64,000 nt of DNA, from the IMG/VR virus record IMGVR_UViG_3300025098_005131. One strand, written 5' to 3'. Origin of the DNA: a virus (taxonomy: Duplodnaviria > Caudoviricetes). Under the pieces are notes generated by a model. That model was not told where the DNA came from, did no database searches, and saw only the letters and a list, made by a program, of their open reading frames with translations. Both the position numbers and the translations under genes were made by a program. This document shows, in pieces, positions 53,680-61,638 of the stretch (position 1 is its first letter; each line of letters opens with the position of its first letter).

Positions 53680-54285
53680 TCAAAAAGGAATTTTATATAT
53701 ACCTAAAATTTTATCTCTTTCATCTTTTAGCACAGATTCATGTGCCATCTGTACAACTAAAGAAAGTCTAGACTTGTATGCATTGTAAAATTTATTGTCT
53801 TCAGAAGTCATATCTTTCATTAGTGACAAAGCTTCCCATTCTTCCCAGGTTAAATTAATTTTATACCTTTGAAGTAGAAAAAGTGTCATATCATTTACCT
53901 GATACTTTGGACATTTTTCATTCCAGTCATAATATTGACCAAGTTTTTCTTTATGCCAGTCTGATGTACATTCGACATATCTATCTTGTGTTTCGTTGCC
54001 TACTCTACCTAAGATAGACAGTAAAGAACATTTAATAATAGACATTGGGTTTGTATCGTAATTAAGAGCTTTTAAGATATTATTTGAAGCTTTTGCTAAT
54101 TCTAAAGAATATTCAACTAATCCTCCAATGCCACAAAAAGGCTCTTTTTCTCTTTGTGAGTAAGAAGACGTAATTATTCTTTGGTCCCACTTATTTATTA
54201 GATTGTCCACGTTTTCATCGTTTAGCTTATTTAATAAATTACTATACTTGTTCCATAAAGTTTCAACGTCACGTTCTTTGTACAT
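53680..54285 (-). CDS. HD-domain-fold protein with substituted metal ligands
   Basis: GGLVEYSL ... SLLSILGRVG ... QMAH occupy the GGLxxH / LLHDxGK / AD positions of YhaM-like HD proteins. Confidence 0.6.
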   Translation of the reverse strand: MYKERDVETLWNKYSNLLNKLNDENVDNLINKWDQRIITSSYSQREKEPFCGIGGLVEYSLELAKASNNILKALNYDTNPMSIIKCSLLSILGRVGNETQDRYVECTSDWHKEKLGQYYDWNEKCPKYQVNDMTLFLLQRYKINLTWEEWEALSLMKDMTSEDNKFYNAYKSRLSLVVQMAHESVLKDERDKILGIYKIPF

Positions 54286-54293
54286 TTATTTCC

Positions 54294-54542
54294 TTATAAT
54301 TTCCATTCAATTCCTGTAAGGTCTTGAAATTTTTTAGTGTAAATTTTTTTTTTGTTTGCAAGTTCTAAAACTTCATCTAAAGAGTTTTCTTTGCAAAGAG
54401 ATTCTCTAAGTTTTTTTGATGTATCTAAAAGATTTTGAAACACTTCTAATTGAATTTTTTCTCCTGATAATTCTGCCTCAATATTATTTCCAACTATATA
54501 GTTGGCAGCAACTTGATGTAAAAAACTACTTTTGTTTTTCAT
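54294..54542 (-). CDS. Small hypothetical protein (82 aa)
   Basis: Packed ORF with SD. Confidence 0.7.
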   Translation of the reverse strand: MKNKSSFLHQVAANYIVGNNIEAELSGEKIQLEVFQNLLDTSKKLRESLCKENSLDEVLELANKKKIYTKKFQDLTGIEWKL

Positions 54543-54551
54543 AATATTCCT

Positions 54552-55613
54552 TCAAATAAAGTCTTCTATGCTAAGAGGAAAATATCCTAGACCTTTTTCT
54601 AAATATCCTTTATCTACTATAACATTTAACTCTTTTATGTAATTACTACTTACGTCAAAAATAATTGCATCATGCAAAACATAAATTGGTCTACATAAGT
54701 TTTTGTCAATTGTGTTAGACAATTCTGAAAAACATTTTAAAGATATATCTACTGCAGTTGATTGTATGTAGTTATTTACTATTATGTTTTCTTTTATTTC
54801 TTTAATATTATGCAAAGGTCTTCCGAAATAGTTTCTTCTAAAAGAATTATTCTTTTTACTTTCAGCAATATTTAAAAGATTTGGAATATTAAAATAACTT
54901 TTTAACATATTAAATACTTCTTCAGACCTAGCATGCGTTAAGTCTGCTAAATTATTACTTTTTGCTCCGTAGAGAATAGAAATAACTGCTCTTTTAATAA
55001 CTGATCTGTCTACGTTAAACGATACCTTATCTCTAAAGTATTCGTATATATCTTCATTGTTGCTTTTATCAAGAAGGTGCAATGCAAGACGAGGCTCTAG
55101 ATTGCAAAAGTCGACTGATACTATTTTACCATTTAAAAATGAAGATTTTAATATGTTTCTACACCTTTTAGGTAAGGTTAATATTCTTGGGCCTTCTTTT
55201 ACAGTTAATCTTCCTGTTACTGTATTGTTTGCATACTCTATTTTACTTGCAAAACTATTTGTAGGCTTAAAAGATTTAATTGACGACTTTACTGTTTCAT
55301 TACTTTCTATCTCAAGAAAAGCTTTGTAAGCTAAAATATCGATTTTGGACTCTACGAAACTATTAAGAAAATCTTCATATAAATCATACCTTTTCAAGAA
55401 GCTAAAGTCTTTATCTAAATCGCTTAGTCTATTTTTAATTAAATCAATATCGTCGTAAAAATCTTCTAAAAAGTGATCAGGTAAAATAGACTGCCAATCT
55501 AAACTTTTTATTTCTTTCTTAAGAAATTTTAGATTTAAACTGTAGAGTCTTGGTAAGTCTAAATTATAAATCTTTGCAAAATTAATTGTTTTATTTATAT
55601 CTTTTATGTTCAT
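54552..55613 (-). CDS. Minimal family A DNA polymerase (palm/fingers only)
   Basis: TVTGRLT, motif A VDFCNLEPR, motif B RSVIKRAVISILYG, motif C VLHDAI; no exonuclease domains. Confidence 0.88.
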   Translation of the reverse strand: MNIKDINKTINFAKIYNLDLPRLYSLNLKFLKKEIKSLDWQSILPDHFLEDFYDDIDLIKNRLSDLDKDFSFLKRYDLYEDFLNSFVESKIDILAYKAFLEIESNETVKSSIKSFKPTNSFASKIEYANNTVTGRLTVKEGPRILTLPKRCRNILKSSFLNGKIVSVDFCNLEPRLALHLLDKSNNEDIYEYFRDKVSFNVDRSVIKRAVISILYGAKSNNLADLTHARSEEVFNMLKSYFNIPNLLNIAESKKNNSFRRNYFGRPLHNIKEIKENIIVNNYIQSTAVDISLKCFSELSNTIDKNLCRPIYVLHDAIIFDVSSNYIKELNVIVDKGYLEKGLGYFPLSIEDFI

Positions 55614-55619
55614 ATTTAA

Positions 55620-55648
55620 ATATTAAAAACAAATAATATAATTTACAC
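55620..55648 (-). promoter_or_regulatory. Putative promoter GTGTAA-N17-TAATAT giving a leaderless transcript
   Basis: -10 ends 7 nt before the ATG at 55613; no SD in between. Confidence 0.55.
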
Positions 55649-55663
55649 TATTTTATTTAAATT

Positions 55664-56761
55664 TTAACTATGACTATGCTCATCTTTAAGTGCCTTAAGC
55701 CAAGGCGCCAAGTTTTTACCTCTAGCACTTGATCCTCGCCCCCAAGCTTTGACGTTGTTTGTGTTTTTTATTTTTTTAGCAATTAATTGTGATAAATTAC
55801 TTACAAGCTTGTCTTTAGCAATATCTTGCAATATTTTTCTTTTTGTTATTACATCAAGCTGATCCATGGTAATTTTTTTATACGGACTATCTTCTCCTGT
55901 GACTTCTACGTTTCTTTTTGCTATATCGATATGAAAGCCTATTCCTTTGGAATATTCTGCGTGCGCGCCTATACCATGTGCTCCTAACATATAACAGTAT
56001 CTTGCAAATGTTTTTATTATTTTTGCATCTTTTTCTATTTTTAAAGACATGTTTTTGCCACTTTTATCTTTAAGTCTTACATCACATGCAAAGCCTTTAT
56101 CATGTCTAATAGTTCTAGATGCAAGTCTCGGTGGCACTTTTATCTCTTGTTTACCAATCTTTAAAGTTTTTCCAGCTTCGTACAAAGGAAATTGTCCACC
56201 GCTATAAATTACAATATGATCTAAGTCATTAAAAGCTTCATTCGTTAAAAGAAAAGCAAAATGAACAAGTTTAAACAATACTGGTTGAACCAAAAGTCTT
56301 CTAACTTGATTAGGTTTAGGAAAATCTATTTTGTTATTCTTTCCTACCCTATTATATATAACTTTTCCGCCTGTTTGTTTTTCCATTACAGTTAATTTAT
56401 TTTTATCTGTTAAAAACTCATAAGACATTTCGAGGCTTATTTTGTTTAGCTCTTCAATATAGCCATTTATCTTTGCATCACTTGTTTTTGATATTTTTGG
56501 AAGTAAGTCTTCACTTGAATAATAATATCTTTGACTTGATCGTGACGCTTTAATTGCAGACAATTTTTTTGATGGGCCTTTAACAACTCTTAAGTTTAAA
56601 CTAAGACCAGCCAAAGCTTTGTCGTCAATTTCTTTGACGTCAACAGGAGCGCTTGCTGCGCGAGGAAGAGGTAGACTTATTTGTGGCGTAGAATCAGTCA
56701 AGTATGTGCGTGCAAGTGTTTCTATTATTGATTTTATTTTGTTTTGATCTATATTTGCCAT
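55664..56761 (-). CDS. Probable virion-associated peptidase M15-family (LAS fold) protein
   Basis: YSGGQ, RHDKGFACDV (HxxxxxxD), GIG, FHIDI; last gene of baseplate operon. Confidence 0.7.
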   Translation of the reverse strand: MANIDQNKIKSIIETLARTYLTDSTPQISLPLPRAASAPVDVKEIDDKALAGLSLNLRVVKGPSKKLSAIKASRSSQRYYYSSEDLLPKISKTSDAKINGYIEELNKISLEMSYEFLTDKNKLTVMEKQTGGKVIYNRVGKNNKIDFPKPNQVRRLLVQPVLFKLVHFAFLLTNEAFNDLDHIVIYSGGQFPLYEAGKTLKIGKQEIKVPPRLASRTIRHDKGFACDVRLKDKSGKNMSLKIEKDAKIIKTFARYCYMLGAHGIGAHAEYSKGIGFHIDIAKRNVEVTGEDSPYKKITMDQLDVITKRKILQDIAKDKLVSNLSQLIAKKIKNTNNVKAWGRGSSARGKNLAPWLKALKDEHSHS

Positions 56762-56762
56762 G

Positions 56763-59700
56763 TTACTTGTAAAACTCCGAAGAATATTCTATTTCTTTAA
56801 ACTGATTTATAAATTCTCTTAACGACAAAGAATATGTATATTCTTTTTTATGCGCTATAATTTCTCCTTTGTCATTTACTACATTTTCTATTATATTTTC
56901 ATCTTTTTTGTTAAAGTCTAATTTGAAAAAATTCGTATATAATGTTAGCACTGGAACTTTACAAACAAAACCTTCATTCATTACTTCGTCCTTTACTTTA
57001 AATAACTTAGCTATATTGCGCTCATCACTAAAATAAGTATTTAAGATAATAATTATCTCTTCTTCGTCTGTATTTAAAGAAAGATTCATGTCAAAAAGTT
57101 GACCATCATTTATATTTTTTATATTTTTATCAAATTTAATTTCAACTTTATTGATCAATTCGCTTCCGATGTTTTTTACGATATTTCTGCTTTCAACCAT
57201 AAACTGGTTTTTTGTTTTATAAAATATTTTAAAATATGAACTTTCTTTTTTGTCAAACAGTTCTTTTGTAAAATTTTTTGTTTTAATCTTTGAATAATAA
57301 AAATTATCATTATCAGATGCAATTTCTTCAAATTCATCAGGTGCATCTTCTGCCTTAGATCTTGGTGAGTCATTAATAATTTTTGTTGTAGCTTCTACTT
57401 CAAGCCATACAGACTTTTTATCAATTGTGTTTATTAGAGAAACAATGTCTTCTCCGTTTAGTTGTTTTTGTATTACTGGTTTTATTTCTTTAAATTTATC
57501 AATATGAAAACTAGACTTTGAAATATCAATAAAAAAGTCTAAACCTGTATTTAAACTTTCTGAATCTTCTATGAAAAAGCTAGGTTTGTACTTAGGATTG
57601 ACTTTGCAATTTAATGATTTTGTTTGAACAAAAGGGTACTTACCAGCTTCAGTTATTATATTGTTTTGATCAGAAGCTAAAGTAAATTTAACAGGAGATT
57701 TCAAGTGTTTATCTTCAATTACTTTAAAAAAAATACTTCTCTCTCTAAAAGTATTTAAATAATAACTAATTACGCTTGAAAGATTTTTACCTTTATCAGG
57801 TTTAGATTTTGAAGCTTTTGTAAAACTAAAGTTGCGTTTATTGTTTTTTGTGTCAAAACTTTTCATTTCTTTTAAAATATCAGCAGATTTTACTAATTTT
57901 TCTAAAAAGCTATTGTTGTAAATCAAAAAACAGAAAATACTTCTAAACTGGGTGATAATGTCAGAATATATAGGTACTTCTATCGATTTTGCGTCTAGAG
58001 CTATAAGTGCTGTATTGATAAATCCTGTGCCGGCAAGATCAGACTTCCACGTTTTTCTTATAGGTATTGCATTAATTGGAACACCAAAATCACTTTCAGT
58101 CAAAGTTTCTTCTGCATTGCTACTAAATACCTCAAGACCTTCACCTCCTGTTTCTTTGAGTAGTTTATCTATTAAGTCTGCAGAAGATTCAAACTGTCCG
58201 TAATTGTCACCATAAGAAAGCTTTAGACTTGTAGTAAACTTACCAGGAGAAAGATTATGCGTAATTCCAGTTACTACATACTTGTTGTCAATTGTTGTGC
58301 CTGTTTCAAAATCAAGAAAAATACTTTGTCCAAAGTTAATCCATGGGCAGCCTACTATTTCAACGCTTGCTTGAGTAGGTAATATTCTTAACGGAAGATC
58401 AGCATTTACTCTATTGTTTATCTCGTTTTGATTATTTCTATCTGGTCTTGTAAGAAATATTGTTTGCAATTTGTTTTCGTTTATGGTTGAAACATTTGCG
58501 CTTATTAATGCCGTATTTTGTGTACCAAATGTTAAAGAAGGATATATCTGCTTGTAAAAATCTTTTGTATTACCTATAAAGCTAGACGACAGTTTGCTGT
58601 TTTTTGAAATATTTTCGTGATTAATAAAATATTTTTTGCCTTTTTTTAGGAGAATTCCTTCTTTTTCGAGCTTTTGTATTTCTTTTTTTGCATTTTCAAT
58701 GTAACTTTTTCTTGTTCCTTTTCCTGACTTTAAATCTTTTCTAGTTTTTGCAAGTAAATTAATAGGTTTTAACAAGTTTTCGCCATATATCTGCTCTAAA
58801 ATATTAGCTGAAGATGCAAAAGGTATTTCAGTTCTGTCATAAATAGATATTCTTAATACTGTTCTTTCAAAATTAGAATGTTTTTTCTCTGTAAGGCAAT
58901 CAAAATTCATACTAATTTGTGGTATAATAAACTTAACATCATTTTCTTTGTTATAAGGCTCATCTGGGTAATAAATTTCATGCAACTTTCTAGCTAGCTT
59001 AAGTTGATATCTTTGAGATTCATCTTGTGCGTCTTTCGGTTTAACAGGGTCAAAAACACTTTCTCTTTCTTCGTAAAGATCTTTTAATCCGTAAGAAGGA
59101 TTGTCTTTATGCTGAATGCACCTTAATATTATTTGTGTTATTAATGACTCTGGAGTGATTACTGTTCTCTTGCTAAATATACCTAAAAGCAATTCTTTGA
59201 GTTCAAACTTTGATACTAAAAGAGTCGCAATATTGTAACAAGACATTGCACCACAAAACTCATTTGTATTATAAAAAATAGTTTGAACTTCATCAAAGTT
59301 TCCAGAGTTTGCGACATATCCTTGCACTATTGTATTGATTATAGTGCCTAAAGAAACATAGTCACCTTCGCTTTCTACGTTTTCTGGTAAATCAATTGGA
59401 AAAAAAGGGTCGATTAGTCCATATCCGCCTACAACACTTTGTATTATTTCTTTTTCTCGCTCTTCTTCTTCAGCATCTTGATCTACTACTTTTTTTAATG
59501 TTTGTATTATATTCGAAAAAGACTCCTTTACTTCTTCAAAAGACCTAGTTAGAGCTGACACGTCGTAATCATCGTTTAATTGTAAAATACCCTTTGATCC
59601 GGTCAATCCTAACAAACCCATTATTTTAGGAAAATTATTATTACCAAATCCATTAAGATCGATTTTTTTTTGATCATCTATAATAAAAGTGCTGTCTTCT

Positions 59701-61358
59701 TGAAAAAAAGACCAGTTATCAATAAATACTCTTATGTTTTCAATACTAGACTCAGAAATTCTTTGTGTGCTACTAAATATATCTGTAAAGTTATTAAGAA
59801 TAGCATTAGATATTGTGTCTAATTTTTCTGAATTGTCTATTGATGACGACTTTACTAGTATTTTTCTATTATGTCTTATTAAATTAAAGTAGTTAGAAAT
59901 TTCTTTTATAGTTATTCTATTGGCAATTGATGTTTCTATTTGCTGAGCTTTAAACTCATAAGGACCTTTCATTGCTATAGAAAGATCAATGTTGACAAGA
60001 CCAGAGTTGTCTATACTCATAGAAGAATTAACAATCATATACTTTTCTGTAACTCTTGAATTGCCTAAAAAGTAACTAAGTGGATTGTTTTTATTATCGA
60101 CGTCAGAATTAATCCAGCCGTATTCCAAAACAAGTTCAGCGCCAAAAACACCGAACAAATCAGGCTTTACAAAAGGTGCGATGTCATTCATTCTTGTTCT
60201 ATCATGTAAAACTAGACTTAGCTTTCCAGTTTTATAGGACATTAATCCTTTTGTTGGCGCTGCATTTATGCTAAAGTTTTTAAGCGTCATAAAAGGCTTT
60301 GCAGGATCGTGTACTGTTGTTAGTCTATTTTTTACTTTATGATTTTGTGCATGCCCTATAGGCTCATTCATATTGACTATAGATTGAGGCGTGCTAAATA
60401 AAGATAGATTTGTTCTAATTCTATTTTTACCGAGGTGATCTCCTTCGAAGCTTGTGTAATTACTCGTAACTTCACCAGAATTTCTTGTCCCAAAAAGAAA
60501 TTGATTCATGGTTGATGTTCTTAGCTTTGCATGAGAATCTTGAGGAGACCCTTTGTCTGATATGTTTGGCAAGACAAAAGTGGCATCAAGAAAAGGATAA
60601 GCTTTACTCAACTCTATGCTATTCATAGAATTAAAAAAGGCAGAAAGCTCTAGCGCATTTTGGGTGCCAACTTTCATGTCTGGATTTGTCACTAAAATAC
60701 TTGAAACAGAAGTTTTGGTCTTGGATGGATTTTTTATGTTTTTATTAAAAGAACTTGCCTTAAAACTCTGAGCAATAGATTTTTCTATTGCTTTACCTGT
60801 TGTAGTAGTTGTATTTACAAGAGCAGCATTTGCTGCATTAAAATTTGCAAACGCTGAGAGAGTCTTGAGGTCTCTTTTATAAGCTGGTTTTTTTGAGAGC
60901 AGGCTTGCCCCAGTAGCAGATGTATAAGCACCTAAGTTAGACTTTACGTGGTTAAATAAAAAGTTTTTTGCGACACTATAATTTCGGCCGTCAAGCTTTC
61001 CTTCATAATTAGAGTGATAAATCATTATTGACTTTTTAAGATAATCAATTACTTCTGGTTTTACAGACTTAAGTTGAGTATTAATTGTTTGACTAATAAA
61101 TGTAACTATTTCGTAAGTAGTATATCCAGTGTTTGTTAAGGATTGAAAAAGATTTGAAATAAATGTATAAAACTGTTTTTGATCAAGCTTCTTGTTAATT
61201 TTTTTACTATTTGTTTCGAAAAGTATTTCTTCGTTTGTAACAAGCTGCAAATAGTTTATTAAGCCTGAGTCATCAATTACTTTATGCACTTTTCCGTAAT
61301 TAGTTGAATCACTTACATTACTGTAAATTGATTTTTTTGGAATTAACCCAGTTGACAT
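56763..61358 (-). CDS. Baseplate hub-like protein (gp27/late control D-like segment), 1531 aa
   Basis: ASVEIVGCPWINFGQSIFL...KYVVTGITHNLSPGKFTTSLKL hub motif; follows LysM/gp53-like gene. Confidence 0.7.
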   Translation of the reverse strand: MSTGLIPKKSIYSNVSDSTNYGKVHKVIDDSGLINYLQLVTNEEILFETNSKKINKKLDQKQFYTFISNLFQSLTNTGYTTYEIVTFISQTINTQLKSVKPEVIDYLKKSIMIYHSNYEGKLDGRNYSVAKNFLFNHVKSNLGAYTSATGASLLSKKPAYKRDLKTLSAFANFNAANAALVNTTTTTGKAIEKSIAQSFKASSFNKNIKNPSKTKTSVSSILVTNPDMKVGTQNALELSAFFNSMNSIELSKAYPFLDATFVLPNISDKGSPQDSHAKLRTSTMNQFLFGTRNSGEVTSNYTSFEGDHLGKNRIRTNLSLFSTPQSIVNMNEPIGHAQNHKVKNRLTTVHDPAKPFMTLKNFSINAAPTKGLMSYKTGKLSLVLHDRTRMNDIAPFVKPDLFGVFGAELVLEYGWINSDVDNKNNPLSYFLGNSRVTEKYMIVNSSMSIDNSGLVNIDLSIAMKGPYEFKAQQIETSIANRITIKEISNYFNLIRHNRKILVKSSSIDNSEKLDTISNAILNNFTDIFSSTQRISESSIENIRVFIDNWSFFQEDSTFIIDDQKKIDLNGFGNNNFPKIMGLLGLTGSKGILQLNDDYDVSALTRSFEEVKESFSNIIQTLKKVVDQDAEEEEREKEIIQSVVGGYGLIDPFFPIDLPENVESEGDYVSLGTIINTIVQGYVANSGNFDEVQTIFYNTNEFCGAMSCYNIATLLVSKFELKELLLGIFSKRTVITPESLITQIILRCIQHKDNPSYGLKDLYEERESVFDPVKPKDAQDESQRYQLKLARKLHEIYYPDEPYNKENDVKFIIPQISMNFDCLTEKKHSNFERTVLRISIYDRTEIPFASSANILEQIYGENLLKPINLLAKTRKDLKSGKGTRKSYIENAKKEIQKLEKEGILLKKGKKYFINHENISKNSKLSSSFIGNTKDFYKQIYPSLTFGTQNTALISANVSTINENKLQTIFLTRPDRNNQNEINNRVNADLPLRILPTQASVEIVGCPWINFGQSIFLDFETGTTIDNKYVVTGITHNLSPGKFTTSLKLSYGDNYGQFESSADLIDKLLKETGGEGLEVFSSNAEETLTESDFGVPINAIPIRKTWKSDLAGTGFINTALIALDAKSIEVPIYSDIITQFRSIFCFLIYNNSFLEKLVKSADILKEMKSFDTKNNKRNFSFTKASKSKPDKGKNLSSVISYYLNTFRERSIFFKVIEDKHLKSPVKFTLASDQNNIITEAGKYPFVQTKSLNCKVNPKYKPSFFIEDSESLNTGLDFFIDISKSSFHIDKFKEIKPVIQKQLNGEDIVSLINTIDKKSVWLEVEATTKIINDSPRSKAEDAPDEFEEIASDNDNFYYSKIKTKNFTKELFDKKESSYFKIFYKTKNQFMVESRNIVKNIGSELINKVEIKFDKNIKNINDGQLFDMNLSLNTDEEEIIIILNTYFSDERNIAKLFKVKDEVMNEGFVCKVPVLTLYTNFFKLDFNKKDENIIENVVNDKGEIIAHKKEYTYSLSLREFINQFKEIEYSSEFYK

Positions 61359-61359
61359 T

Positions 61360-61635
61360 TTAAATACTATCCTTTATTTGTTCTATATCACTTAAGTTTA
61401 AAGGTATCTTTAAAACAACACCTTCAGGCACTTGTAACCACCAACCTACACCACTAGCTGCAGCAATTATCCACCACAAAGATCCATCTTCATAGTAATC
61501 ATATGCATAGTGATCTAGTCGTTTACCACTTTGCGTAATAACTAAATCATAATCTATCTCTTCGTTGTTAACAGATTTGTATATATAAGGTGAAATATTG
61601 ACTTCAGTGTCATTAACTAATTTATACTTTTCCAT
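61360..61635 (-). CDS. Baseplate LysM-like protein (T4 gp53 / P2 gpX-like)
   Basis: GKRLDHYAYDYYEDGSLWWIIAAA...PEGVVLKIP. Confidence 0.85.
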   Translation of the reverse strand: MEKYKLVNDTEVNISPYIYKSVNNEEIDYDLVITQSGKRLDHYAYDYYEDGSLWWIIAAASGVGWWLQVPEGVVLKIPLNLSDIEQIKDSI

Positions 61636-61638
61636 GAA

